In this document: in pieces, positions 27,681 to 42,290 of the stretch | Layout of the letters: the number at the start of each line of letters is the position of its first letter | Position numbering within the stretch: position 1 is the stretch's first letter | DNA from: the human T2T-CHM13v2.0 reference genome, Homo sapiens | Strand: one strand, 5' to 3' | Length of the DNA: 64,000 nucleotides | Assembly: GCF_009914755.1 (NCBI RefSeq) | Contig: NC_060928.1 | Translations under genes and position numbers: made by a program | Notes under the pieces: model-generated | The model's database searches: none | Told to the model about the DNA's origin: nothing | The model's input: only the letters and a program-made list of their open reading frames with translations

Positions 27681-29649
27681 ATTTTTTTCCTACTCCTAAG
27701 CCAGCCGTGTGCTTTACATGTCTTTGATTCTGGACCCCTGCTTGAAATGTCATTGTTCACATTCTCTATGTCATAGCTCAACTATTAACACTGGCCGAAT
27801 TTCCATGATTCTCTTAGGTGGTATTATTTTCTCATACATGAGTTTCTTTGAAAACATATATAGTCGTTTATGAAAACAATTGAAAAATATTAAGTTGTTT
27901 ATATTATAAATGTTATATTAACATTTCACTGCTAAATTATCTTATCAAGAAAATATTCTTATGACAACTGTGCAATAAGTTCTAGTAAATGACAGAATGA
28001 ATGTCATTTCCCAATTCTCATGTGTTTTCATTGTTTGAACTTACCACATAAACAGACTTGTAGTATTTTGAAGTTAATAGTCATGGTATAATTTTTAAAA
28101 CATTCATTATAACATATGTTCAAAGGTTTGTATGCTAATTATATGACATAGTATAATATTCTGTAATTTAATACTTAAGTAGGAAAACATCTTGATTTTA
28201 ATATTTACAGCATTAGCTATATCTATCTCATTAAAATTAATGGTTCTTGAATAGTGAAATCTTGAATATTTTTCTCATTGTAAACATGAATTGACATACA
28301 TTTGCATAAATAATATTAAAGTTCTTATTCAAATTGTCAAGAGAAGTAAAAAGCTTTCCAATCTAAATAGGATACATTAACATACAACTGTAAACAGATG
28401 TTAAGAGAGGCCACGGAAAGATAATTGCAGTTGTTACCAATTTAAAAATATTTTCTTTCCTAATTAAAGGAAGAATAAATGATCCCATGAAAGAATTACC
28501 CGAAGTATTAATAGTGCAAATGCCTAACTGAAATTAGTTACTAGTATGCTTTTTTCCATATCACATTAAACAATTATCGCAAGTTTAGACAGAGTCTAAA
28601 TATATCTATAAAAAACCTCATAAACAAAAGGAAAAATATCATTTGCTATTGATATTAAAGAGGAAAATCAAGGGAGGAGTAAATTACATAACAAATTTAA
28701 GTTATCTCCTGTTTCTAATTAAAATAAGAAGAAGAAAAAGGATGAAACAAATGGAACAGGGAAACAATTTGTCTAATGTTTTATCAACAAGAATAGAAAG
28801 TGATACAAGGACATTCTTGAGATAATCAAGTGAATGTCAGATATGGGAGGAGTATACTGCTAGTCTCACTGCTGTGATGTACAATTGATTGTTCAGGACT
28901 CTGCAGGGAATTGCTCAGCACGAAAGGAATACAAATTAGCTCTCCCGATAGTTCAGACATGTGCGAGTCCCTCTTTCACATGAAGGAGCAAGCTGAGAAT
29001 TTGGAAATATCTTTAGGTTTGTTATTTTATTCGATGCCCAATAAAGCCAAGAAGGGAAAAATCTCCAACACCTGGAGTAGTATATTAAGTGGTATCAGTG
29101 GGTCATGGTTAGATAATAAATAAGAATGAGGACACGGATGCTGGTAAACAGTGCATAATAGGGATATGAATCACCAGAATTTTAGGAAAATAAACCCTAA
29201 TTGGAAGAAAATGCAGAACTCTAATGTGAGTTTGATGTTTACAGATCCAGTTGTTTTCCCTCTAGTCTAAAAGTAAGATATATGAGTAAAAGACCAATAA
29301 AAAATAATTGGCACTCTCCTGTGTGGCTGTTCTTTTCATTCGAGTAAACTACAAATAGAAAAAAAAAATCAGGGAAAGTATGCCACAAGGTGATTCCATT
29401 GGCACAATAAAGACAATGCTGTGACAAAACTTGTAATGAAAAGCAATTTGGACTGTTGGACTCCGATGATCTAGTGAAGGAGCCGGGGTTTGTGAAAGTC
29501 ACTAATGGCTTTCTGCGCACACTTGGGGAAAGTTTTGTTTCTCTCAAAGGCATTCATAATATTAGATAAACCAAGGGAAATTGTTTTTTAAAAATCTGCA
29601 AATTGTTTTGACTCTTGTATACATATTCCTTCTATATATGACATAAAAT

Positions 29650-29870
29650 AGTAGCAGAAAAAATAATTGGATTAAACCAGGATTTGAATACTAATTCTAT
29701 TAATAACTGACTATGGCCCTAGTCAATTCTTCTAATTTTGTCAAACACAATGTGTTTACTTATAAATCAAGGGTGATACGACCCTGCCTCATACCTGCAT
29801 TAGCTTAAATGAAGAGTATTTGTAAATGACTGTATCATGCCTGGTTTTTTACTTGCCCTAAAAAAATATC
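29650..29870 (+). mobile_element. MIR
   Basis: ccaggatttgaatactaattct.., atacgaccctgcctcata.., tatttgtaaatgac decayed MIR core. Confidence 0.5.
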
Positions 29871-30090
29871 AGATTCCTTGTGGCTACACCTAAACCACGG
29901 GGATGCACATGGTCACCTGTGGGCAATAGATCACTCAGTATTCCAAATATGTTTGGTATGCTTTATTATATTCAAAGATCACTACATAACACAGTAGGTG
30001 GAAAAGAAAAAATATGTATATATAAAGGAAAAATATGTATATATAAATATATATGAAAGAAAAGAGTGTGTGTGTGTTTATGTATATATC

Positions 30091-30400
<310 letters not shown>

Positions 30401-30597
30401 TATGTGTATATCTCTAGAAAGAAGGCTACCAAGAGACCAGATCAAAATCCCTGAGGCTAGTACCTACTTACCATGAACTGAGGAAAGTAATAACGTAAGT
30501 GGGTAAGCTAGCATGCTGCGGTGGTGAATAAGACCACTGATTTTGGAGGCCGAGAAATCTGGGATTAATATCTTTGGCACTTAAGAACTTTGCAATC

Positions 30598-30916
<319 letters not shown>

Positions 30917-31409
30917 TTAACTATTCTTCTAGTCACACAGCTTTCTCATCAAATGTGGATATTACTAGTACCAATCTCAGAATAAATGAAATACTTAAAT
31001 GTGGAAAAGCTTAACTTAAATAGTGAAAATGATAATAATATCTACCTCATACTTGTTTTAGTATATTTCCTGTCAAGTTGTATATATTCTATAATTATAA
31101 TTATGTTGTTATTGCTGTCTAGTAATATTGATTTTAATTCGGAGAGGGTATTTATTTATTAATGATATTCACTCCATGTGAACCCAGTAATAAAATACGT
31201 TTATACCTCCCAAATAACATATATTTAAATATAATACCCAGCTTGTATTAGAGCCTGTCCTAGCATGCTGTGCTTCTTAATTTAGACCTAGAGCATCCTT
31301 ATGTGAATTTGAATTTTCTTCTTAAAGTCTGGGGAGTGGGAGGGATTGGGAAGTATTTTTGTGAGCTTCCTTTATCTCAAGTCATAAAATGACGCCAAGT
31401 TGCATTCAC

Positions 31410-32370
31410 CATGATGCCATTTAAGTCTTGAGTTTTCTTTGCAAGAAATTATATATATTCTGTGTGTGTGTGTGTTCAGCCTTTATTTTTGTGTCAGTTT
31501 TATAATTGTTTTTCTTAGAACGTGTTCATTGTATTTATATTGCTCAAATTTATTTCATAATGTTGGTTTTAGAACTATTTTATTAACATTGCAATAAACG
31601 TAGGTTCTATATTAGTGCTAACATTTTAAAAACCAATATTGTTTATGTATTAGTTTATGTATAACTACTTTGTACATTTCTTGATTTGTTTCTATAGATA
31701 TATCAATTTTATTAGTCTCAAAACCATTTTTTGGTTTAATAACTCTGTGGTATGTTTCTTTATTAATTTCTGCTATTTTCTTTATTATTTCATGTTTCAC
31801 ACTTTTACTTTAATTTGCTATTTTAGTTCTAAAATCTAAAGAAGAAAGCTTAGTACATTGATTTTCAGCCTTGCTTTCTATTACATGCATTTAAAGAGAT
31901 TATCTTTCCATTAAGTATTATTCAGCTGCAACTGCCAAGTTTTGAAATGAAACACTTTTATTAACATTCACTTCAAAGTATTATTTAATACCCATTGCGA
32001 TGTGTTCATTGACCCATCGGGATATATTACTTAGTTTCTAAGCATTGAATATTTTCTAGCTATCTTTTTGTCACTGCCTTCCAGTTTAATTCTATTGCAG
32101 TCAAAGATGTATCCATATGCTTTATATCCTTTGAAATTTGTGGAGTAAAGAAACTTGGAAGAATAAAATTCCTTGGAAGCAATTAGCTTGAATCTGATTT
32201 CTCAACCAAAGAAAACAAAGTATAACATTTTCAAAATGCTGAAAGAAGGATCATCTCAGAACTCTACTTCCAATGAAAATATCCTTTAGACAAACAAAAG
32301 CAGAAAATTAATCAGCAATAGACCCACACTAAAGTAAATTCTAGAGGGAGTACTTGAAGTAGCAGAAAAT
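31410..32370. mobile_element. Old L1 fragments: antisense ORF2 ~31410-32145, sense ORF1-like ~32170-32370
   Basis: cattgattttcagcctt.., ctttgaaatttg; acattttcaaaatgctgaaaga..aaaatatccttt. Confidence 0.6.
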
Positions 32371-32937
32371 CCTATGCCTCACAGACTGATGCATTATATG
32401 CATTATATGCATTATATGTCGCATGTTTTCCAAATATTTCTTGTTGTGCCCATGTCTATCCTATGGAAGGATAGGACTTGGGGCTTCTTAATATTTTAGG
32501 TAACACCCTTTTCTAGTTTTGTCCAAGGATTGTGAACAAAAATAATGTATGTCACTTTCTGAACAGAGCATTTATTTGATATCTAATAACACCCTATATG
32601 GCATTTTATAATATTTTTTAGAAACTATTAAAAAAATGAAACGGTAGAGGATCAATCAGCTTGTACTTGAACAATTTGTGTTAGGAGAACTTTCTATGAT
32701 GATGTTTTCTTAGAAACAGGTTTTATTTTGTTTTTAATTGACACATAATTGTATATGTTTATAAGGTACAATGTGATGTTTTGATACATATATAAATTGT
32801 GTAATAATCAAATCAGGGTAGTATCTTTGACACTTCTGAGTATTTCCCTGAAAAGTGCTGATTTGTTCTTAAGTTAATAAAGTAAGGAATAAAATCAGTG
32901 ATGTTATGTTTTCTGTTTCTTTAATTAAAAAACAAAA

Positions 32938-33845
32938 TTTTCACTTAATATTATATTCCTCAGTCCCATCCATGTTGCTGCAAATGAAAGAATTTCATTC
33001 TTTATGGTTGAATAACATTCCATTGTGCATATATATATATCATATTTTCTTGATTCATTCATCTGTTGATGGACACTTAGGTTGATTTCATATCTTGATT
33101 ACTGTGAGGAGTGCAGTAATAAACAAGAAAATGCACATATCTCTTCAATATAATGCTTTCTTTCTTTTGGATACATACCCAGAATTAGGATGTTTGAATT
33201 ATATAGTAGTTCTATTTTTAGTTTTTTGAGGAACCTCCATACTGTTCTGCATAATGTCTGTACTAATTTACACTCCCCCTTAAAGTGTTTCAGGGTTTGC
33301 CTTTCTCCTTACCCATGCCAGCATTTGTCATTGCCTGTTTTTTGGGTACAAGTTATTTTAACTGAGATAAGCTGGGTACAGAAGGACAAATACTGTATCT
33401 TCTCATTCATATGTGGTAGCTAAACAAAATGAAGTCATGAATATAGAGAGTAGAATGGTGTTTACCAGAGGCTGGAAAGGGTACTGGGGAGGAGGTGATA
33501 CACAGGGGATGATTAATGGAGGCAGAAATACAATTAGATAGACTAAATAAGATCTAGTATTTAATAGCACAATATGGTAACTATAGTTAATATAATTAAT
33601 ATTGTTATATATTTACATATAAATATATGATATAAATAATATATCCTATATTTTTAAATAACAAAAACAGTAGAATTGGAATGTTCCTAACACAAAGAAA
33701 TGATAAATGCTTGAGGTGATGGATGCCCCAATTACTCTGATTTTATCATTATACATTGTATGCTTCTATCAAAATGTCACATATATCCCATCAATATGTG
33801 CAATTATTATGTATCTGTAATCACTAGAAATAAAAAATTTAAAAG
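32938..33845 (+). mobile_element. L1MA-type 3' end with 5' inversion (antisense 32938-33360, sense 33361-33845)
   Basis: The antisense part ends (read in sense) at ..atattaagtgaaa and the sense part resumes taactgagataagc..; 3' end atgcttgaggtgatggatgccccaattac. Confidence 0.85.
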
Positions 33846-34082
33846 TAATTTTTCAGTGGTGCACACATCATACATTTTTTCTCTGAAATGTTTAAATAAC
33901 CGCTTCTTTTCTTTGGCTGAACCTTAGAGAATGGATCTCATGGGATGTGACGTTGAAGGCATTTTCCAAATGTCCAATGATTAAGACATTTCAGATTTAA
34001 TGTTTACATAGGGAATTCATCAATCATAGGTTGTCACTTTGGAAGATGATGAGACCAGGACATTGAAGAAAGACTTTTTCCA

Positions 34083-34327
34083 TTTTTTTTTTTTTTTTTT
34101 TTTTCTGAGATGGAGTCTCACTCTGTCGCCCAGGCTGGAGTGCAGTGGCCTGATCTCGGCTCACTGCAAGCTTCGTCTCCAGGGGTTCACACCATTCTCC
34201 TGCCTCAGCCTCCTGAGTAGCCGGAATTACAGGCGCCCACCACCACGCCTGGCTAAATTTTTGTATTTTTAGTAGAGACAGGTTTTCACTATGTTAGCCA
34301 AGATGGTCTCGATCTCCTGACCTCGTG
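34083..34327 (-). mobile_element. AluY, 5'-truncated
   Basis: PolyT, cactgcaagct, accattctcc, gatggtctcgatctcctgacctcgtg, then an abrupt end. Confidence 0.92.
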
Positions 34328-37300
34328 TTTGTGTTTACATGTCTGATACCTCTGCCTTATTATTGCTTTGGACGTAAGAAACAAACTAATCTCTATTCCC
34401 CATCTCTACTTTCTATTGCTGACAACAGTTACACTTTGTCCCAACAATTGAAACCCTTCTAGCTATTTTAAACAGAAAAGCAGATGCTGCAACAATTTTA
34501 TAAAGTATTGGAAAGGCTAGATAAGTGAGAATCACATGGCCACTGCTAAATCTATTGATCTAAGGATAAGAAAACCAGGATCAGGAAGCTGCAACTGAAT
34601 CTATGATATTGCCTTACACATCCATGAGGCTGTTGACTGAAATAGAGAGACACCTAGGTCCTCACAAGCTTGGCTTTTCTTGCTAAATAAAGAAAAAAAA
34701 AACACTAGTAAGCTGACGTTGGCTTCTCTTTTATCTTGTAAACCTTTTAAGTTCCTATAATCGATAAAACTTAATTTGCATCTAGAACATCTACCAAGAG
34801 ATTCTTGGAAATATAGTTTTCAGCTTTGCCATTACTGCAAAATAGCAAGACACGCAGGAGGCATAAATGGATGTTAAGAACTAAGCAACCCTATCTAACA
34901 TGATCAAAATGTCTCCATTTTAATTTAATGGAAAATGCTTTCCCTTTCACAAATCCTGTTGGAGGAAGTCTAACAGAAAAATGTCAGTATTTTTCTCCAT
35001 TTTAGAGGGAAAAAACATACTCAGAATGATTTCTTTATTTTGTTAATCACTAATAAAGACATTGGCAACAATCTTGCCTTGGGTTCGCACTGGACTTTGG
35101 TCTAATTGTCAGGTACATTCTAGCTATATCCCAGTTGCAATATCATTGACTATGTACTCCTTTCAGGTCAGGAGCTTGTAATTAATCTTATGTTTTGATG
35201 TATACACAGCACTGTAGCACTGTTAAAATCTTCATGCAAGCAACCAATGACTGAGAGTCTAAATATAATTGAGACAATTCAATCTTTTTTACTTTTATTG
35301 TATGCCTCTCTTATTTATGTAGACTTGATTTTTTCTGGTAATCTAATGGACATTTTTTTGTCAGCTCTAAGGAGAGGATCTATGTGATTCATTGCCTTAC
35401 TTTACTGTTTTTCTATCAAATCCAGTTTGCTGGTTTTGTAGCAATTGTTTGCATGGTTCTGTGAATTGATAGCTAAAGGTATGGAAAGACAGAGCACTTC
35501 ACCTGGAGGACAGATTGGTTCAACATGCCTGATTATGATAGACAACTCCCAAGAGCTTACAGTGTTAACTAGCCTCTTGATATATTTATATATTCAGAAA
35601 ATATTTCTACATTTCAGTTTTTCAATAATTAGTTTTGACCCAGGTAGGAACTTCATAAACAGAAAGGATTCACTCTTGGGATCATGGTTCTCATCAATGG
35701 ACAGTGGCATAGGTCTAGCTCAAATTCCCCATATTGTAATCTACCAAAATCTTGAATCACAAATCTGTGCTTTTCACCTTCTTCATCAATTATGAGAAGG
35801 AAACTGGGATGAGAAGACAACTGTTAATTTACTTCACTAATTTATAAATTTCTGCATACTTGTTGTTTAATCATATATCATTAGCATATTTACCATATAT
35901 GTTATATAACAATATTAGAAAGGGAATAAATACAAAAATAATATTACTTCTCTAACTTGCACTATACAGGATTATGCAAAGAATATTATTTGGACCACTT
36001 CATTTTATTTGCTGTATTTCTTTTACATATTCCTTATCATGTTAAGTTTCTTCTTGGCTTTCTATCTTACACTAATGATAAATGACAGGGAAGGTGGTAA
36101 TGGGAGTGTGGCAATGACTGTGAACGCGCACATCAACCTGAGCAAAAAGTAACGTGAAGTGACTGACTTAGGACGGTAATGAGGATGGTAACATTTAATG
36201 CTATGTTCTATCCTTCTTAAAAGAAATATCTATTGTATCACACTTCGCTTATTATAATTTTTGTCATAAAAGAGATTCACTGAACAGTAGTGCCTAAAAA
36301 CAAACTTTAAAATATTACTGCACACTGTCCAATCTTCAAGTTTAAAATAAACTAGCTGATTGATCTGCAAATCTATTCATTCAGATAACTGAGACTTTCC
36401 TGGACATATAATTTCAACTTAAATATTTTGTTTAAGAAATATTCATGACTTTTACAAATTAAATTTTTTTGAAATGACGTGAAGTTTAGTTTTCCCCCTC
36501 ATTTTCTGAATTTATTTTAAAATATGTACTGCTAGATAATTTTTCAATGGCTGCATGTATGTTGTGTTATTGTATTCTTCATATTTTTCTATTTTTATGT
36601 TTGACAGATGTCGATCTTTGATATCTAGAAAAAATGATACATTTTATTCATTCACTCACTCAAAATATAATAGTGAAGAATGGCTTAGTACATGCCTTTG
36701 AAGAATGTGCTAGCAGGGCTAGAGAGATGATTTTAACATGTATCCTGTCCTGAAGGAGTTTACAGTTCAGGAAATAACTTACAGCTATAAATAGTACAGT
36801 TTAAATAAGTTTCGTGTATATGATCCAAAACGTGGATAAAATATTTTTGCAAGTTGTATAGATAACCAACCTCTTATAAAAAAAATTCCCATGGGTTAGG
36901 TAATTTTTAATATTTGGCTGCATTCCTTAAGTATATTTCAAAACTATTATAAATTTAATTCAAATATGCCATAAGTATAAAGTAGAAAATATAAAAATAT
37001 AAACTAATAAAAGAGTGATGGTTTTCTACTTTAGCATGCCATATTTTTTTCTTAAGCAAATCAATTTGCTTTCTACTTATTTTCACACAAACTCAGGACC
37101 AGACATCATTTTCTCTTTACCTTTCAAACAAATGAATTGCAATTTATTATAATAATGTTTTGCATCCTAACTCCAAAAATGACTTGACAAGTATAAGGGA
37201 TTATGAAAAGCAATATGTTCCTCTGAAATAGAAGTTTATTTTTCCTCAAATCTATTCTTCCTATACCCCTCAATGTAGGGATGGCATGGTGTGCCACCCT

Positions 37301-37369
37301 TATAATTTCTCGGTACCTATGTCTTCCTTCTTCCAATTCTTGAGACTGTTGGCTTTTGATGACTCACAT

Positions 37370-37701
37370 TCTAGTCATTCTCTAGAAATTTATCTTTGTG
37401 AAAGAGACCTGCCTCATCAAAGATTATACTTCTCTCTGTGGGAAGTCAAAACGCATCACTATTACAAAGGTTAAAAGACTTGCCCTGATTCAGAAAATCT
37501 CTGGAGAGTCAGCCCAGATCCAGAGCTCCCTGTGGAATTGGCTGGTTTGTGTTGTGAAAGGCTTCCAGACACACTTTTTACTCTGACCAGTCCTTTTTCT
37601 CTCATTTTTATGTGAGTCTTATTCATTATAGAACTCTCTTCCACACAAATTACTGTTTCATAAATTTGGAAACATAATTTTCTTGGAAACAATTTTAAAC
37701 A
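37370..37701 (+). mobile_element. LTR16-like ERVL LTR
   Basis: cttgccctgattcagaaaatctctgga..cagcccagatccagagctccctgtgg; directly followed by a PBS-like ttggtatca. Confidence 0.6.
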
Positions 37702-40700
37702 CTTGGTATCAAAACAGGTCCTAAGAAGGCCTCTAAAATAGGATCTGTAGCTGTGTCATCCACCGCGCGTGCAGCAAGCAAGATCCCTTTACTGGTGGGA
37801 GGTGGGTGCTGATGGCATGCTGTACTCTTGACACAATAAACCATATACTTGTAGTGGTATACAGGATGTCATAAGGAGGAAGTTTCCTAAGAAGTACAAT
37901 ATCTCATGTCTTTCAGGGGATTGAGGGAAATAGTAATTATAATGACTATGAAATTAAATGGCTTTTAGTGGGTGTTAGTGATGCACTGGAGAAGGACGAT
38001 TAAATGCTTAGGGTAATTAAATATTACTTTAATATGAGTGAAAGCAGAAGATGTCTTAAGTGCTTAAGTGATGTGTAAGGAGATTCTTATATATTGCCTT
38101 GCAGAGTTAAAAACAACCACTGTGGATTAAGCCCAAGATTTAATTATTAGGGTAGCATTTTACCAGAGAAATTTTAATTCTCCAGCCAAACAGTCTGTTA
38201 CATCAAGGCTGAGCTCCTGTTCGATAAGGTATGGGGCTCTAAACTTGCATGGGGACATATGCACTTCAACTCTTGAATACTTAGACTATCCTAAACATTC
38301 TGGATCTACATAAGTAGACTACCCATTCCCATTACAGGTTAGTGGATCCCCTTATGTGAGAAAATGAATTGTAAGAAAACGTGTGATCTCCCCCTCAGTA
38401 TCTGCCCTTACCTCCCATTCCTGGCTGCCAGACCAATAAAGGCAGCTTAAAATTTAACCTGGTCACAGAAGTGTTGACTCTGTTAAGAGACAAATGGCTC
38501 TATACAAAGGACCTGTGTGACCTAGCCAATGTAGGAATGGGAGCCAGGGAAACACAAATACAACTGAATTTCTAGGATATTGGATTGAAGAAGTTATTAT
38601 TTAAAATTTGTAAAATGAGAGTGTATCCCTATGGAAGCATTCTTCATTGATATGTAATTTGCCATCATGACAATAGACCAGAAGTGGCAGACATTCTAGG
38701 ATGGCTCTTGAAATCCTGAAGAAGTAACGGTCATGCCTAAGGAAGTAAAAATGGCAGAACTGCTGAGACAGATGATAGAGGAAGAAATCAAAAGACATAT
38801 AAGTGGACAGAAAATATATGCTTACACTATATGTTTATATACAAATATTTAAACACATAATGCTAGAAAAACTACTAAATAAGTATGTTCCATAATATAT
38901 CTAGAAAGACACCTGTATTAGTTCGTTTTCATGCTGCTATGAAGAACTGTCCCAGGCTAATTTATAAAGGAAAGGGGTTTAATTGATGCACTGCTGGGGA
39001 GGCCTCAGGAAACTTAAAATCATGGTAGAAGGCAAAGGAGAAATCACATCTCATAAGACTCACTCATTATCACAAGAACAGCATGGGGGATACTGCTGAA
39101 TGATCCAATTACCTCCATCTCATCCTACCCTTGATACATGAGGATTACAATTCAAGATGAGATTTTGGGTGGGAACACAGCCAAACCACATCATTCCAAC
39201 CCTGGCCCCTCTCAAATCTCATGTCCTCACATTTCAAAACACAATCGTGCCTTTTTAACAGTCCCCCAAAGTCTTAACTCATTCCAGCATTAACCCAAAA
39301 AATCCAAGTCCAAAGTCTCATCTAAGACAAAGGAAATCCCTTACACCTATGAGCCTATAAAATCAAAAGCCAGTTAATTACTTCCTAGATACAAAGGAGG
39401 TACAGGCATTGGGTAAATACACCAGTTCCAAATGGGAGACACTGGCCAAAATAAAGGGGCTTCAGGCCCTATACAAGTCTGAAATTCAGTGGACAGTCAA
39501 ATCTTAAAGCACCAAAATGATCTTTTTTGACTCCATGTCTCACATCCAGGTCACACCAATGCAAGAGGTAGGTTCCCACTCCCTTGGGTAGCTCTATCCC
39601 TGTGACTTTGCAGGATACAGACCCCTCCCAGTTGCTTTCACAGGCTAGTGTTGAGTGTCTGCAGCTTTTCCAGGTGCATGGTGCAAGCTGTTGGTGGATC
39701 TACCATTCTGGGGTCTGGAGGACAGTGGCCCTCTTCTCACAGCTCCACTAGGCAGTGCCCCAGTGGGGGCTCTCTGTCAGGGCTCCAACCCTACATTTCC
39801 CTTCTGCATTTCCCTAACAGAGGTTCTCCATGAGGGCTCTGCCCCTGCAGCAAACTTCTGACTAGACATCCAGGCATTTCCATACATCCTCTGAACTCCT
39901 TCAATTCTTGACTTCTGTGCATCTACAGGCCCAATACCACATGTAAGCCACCAAGGCTTGGGGCTTGCACTCTCTGAAGCAATGGCCTGAGCTATACATT
40001 GGCCCCTTTTAGCCATGGCTGGAATGCAGGGCACCAAGACTTGAGACTGCAAAAAGCAGTAAGGCCCTGGGCCTGGCCCTCAAAACCATACTTTCCTCCT
40101 AGGCCTCAGGGCCTGTGATAGGAGGTGCTGCTGTGAAGACCTCTGACAATGCCCTGGAGACATTTTTCCCATTGTCTTGGAGATTCACATTTGGCTCCTC
40201 ATTACTTATGCACATTCTTGCAGCCCACTTGAATTTCTCCTCAGAAAATGGTTTTTTCTTTTCTAACACATTGTCAGGCTGCAAATTTTCTGAACATTTA
40301 TGCTCTGCTTCCCTTTTAAACATAAGTTCTGATTCCAAACAATATCTTTGTGAATGCATAAAACTGAATGCTTTTAAGAGCATCCAAGTCACATTTTGAA
40401 CGCTTTGCTGCTTGGAAATTTCTTCCACCAGATACCCTAAATCATTTCTCTCAAGTTCAAAGATCTCTAGGTCAGGGGCAAAATGCCACCATTCTCTTTG
40501 ATAAAGCATAGCAAGAGTGACCTTTACTCCAGTTCCCAACAAGTTCCTCAACTTCATCTGAGACCACCTCAGCCTGAACTTAATGGTCCATATCACAATG
40601 AGCATTTGGTCAACGCCATTCAACAAGTCTCTAGGAAGTTCCAAACTTTCCCACACCTTCCTGTCTTTTGAGCCCTCCAAGTCTCGAGGAAGTTCCAAAC

Positions 40701-42290
40701 TTTCCCATATTTTCCTGTCTTCTTCTGAGCTCTCCAAACTCTTCCAACTTCTGCCTGTTACCTGGTTCCAAAGTCACTTCCACATTTTCAGGTATCCTTA
40801 TAGCAGTGCCCCACTCTTGGTACCAATTTACTGTATTAGTCCATTCTCATGTTGCCATAAAGAACTGCCCAAGACTGGGTAATTTATAAAGGAAAGAGGT
40901 TTAATTTATGCATTGCTGGGGAGGCCTCAGGAAACTTATGATCGTAGTGGAAGGCAATAGAGGAGCAGACACCTTCCTCACAAGGCAGCAGGATGGAGTG
41001 AAAGCAAGCAGGGGAAATGCCAGATGCTTATAAAACCATCAGATCTCATGAGACTCATTCATTATCATAGGAACAGCTTGGGGAAAAACGCACCCATGAT
41101 CCAACTACCTCCACCTGGTCCTGCCCTTGACCAATGAGGATTACAATTCAAGATGAGATTTTGGGTGGGGTCACAGCCAAACCTTAACTACAGCGCATTT
41201 ATAAAGCAATGGGGGAATGTGTTAGTGAGAGGGACAAATATATCATTAAGAAACTCAATGATGGCTGTTCTATGTAGATGATAGGAAATGTTATAAAACT
41301 GGTTATATCATAACAATGGGAATGATAGCACCCTGAAATAATAGTGGCCAGGGAACAGGGTGTAGGTATTAAAAACAAGGTGGGCCCATGCATAGCCTGT
41401 GTTCCCACACAGCAACATTACTCTAACTATAGTCACTGTTGAATATCAAGTCTACCAGCAAGAGGATTCAACACTGGGTAGTCGCTAGAGCACCACACCT
41501 TGAGAAGTTCCACCTTCCTCTTTGTAACAAGTACTGACATTGATTCTTTCACACCATGATAGGACCAGCATTTTGTCTTGACTGGAATCAATCTATATGG
41601 CAGAAATGAGTTTGCTTTTCCTGCCTGTATGTCCTTCAATAATATTATCTGAGCATTAAGGGATGTATAAAACACTGTAAAGGTTAAATTGATAGCCTAA
41701 ACTTGAAACAAAATACTCACTCTACAACAAAGGAGGGGAGTGAATATATGACAATAGAATCTGGCAATTGTATCACATTCTGCACCACTGCATCATAACT
41801 TGCCAGCCTGATAGAGAATAAATGTGGATCCAAGGAACCAGTCTGCAGATGATATAATCCTTTAGTGATGGGATTCTTATCCTTTAAGATGTGGTATGCA
41901 TCCTAATTTAATCATAATTACCTAGTGTTTTGTCTCCTAAATAGAATACATAGATCTGGAAGTAGAAGTAGTCACAATTACCATCACTCCGGTAACCCAT
42001 CTTGGTGACATGTGCTTTCTACTCTTACATATTTACTCTATGTCTAAAACCCATGGTTTCCAGAGGGGAGTCACTTTACTTATACCTGGAGATACAGAAA
42101 TATCATATTGAATGTTAAGCTGTGACTACCACCTTTTCACTCCAGGATTCTTGTGCCAAGAGGTCAACGTGTAACAAGAGGAGTCAACAAATTTTCTGGA
42201 GAAATTGACTCTTATCATCATGAGATGAGAGAGCTGTGGTAACCCAGGCAACAGGAAAGAAGGCACTCGGCAGCCAGCTGATCTCTTGAA
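37702..42290 (+). mobile_element. Decayed ERVL internal region (ERV3-16A3_I-like), split by THE1 into 37702-38913 and 41190-42290
   Basis: 41566-41625 translates QHFVLTGINLYGRNEFAFPA, resembling ERVL integrase QRFVLTGIDTYSGYGFAFPA. aatagaatacatagatctgg..ttaccatcactcc resembles RIHGS..TITP. Gag-like ggatggctcttgaaatcctg near 38700. Confidence 0.75.
38914..41189 (-). mobile_element. THE1 (THE1C/D-like) MaLR provirus: 5' LTR 40832-41189, internal 39194-40831, 3' LTR 38914-39193
   Basis: Two tgtattagt..cacagccaaacc LTRs around THE1-int. The ORF at 40099-40737 contains the MaLR-int text EDRK.WESLELPRDL and FELER.DLGYL.EEISKQQS. TSD acacc/acagc. Confidence 0.92.

Noticed and set aside
40099-40737. 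Longest ORF (212 aa) as a gene
   Set aside because: THE1 internal sequence that drifts between frames of the MaLR ORF remnant; not a host gene.
39099-41112. DUX4 sites in the THE1 LTRs
   Set aside because: They read tgatccaatta and tgatccaacta rather than tgattcaatta; imperfect.
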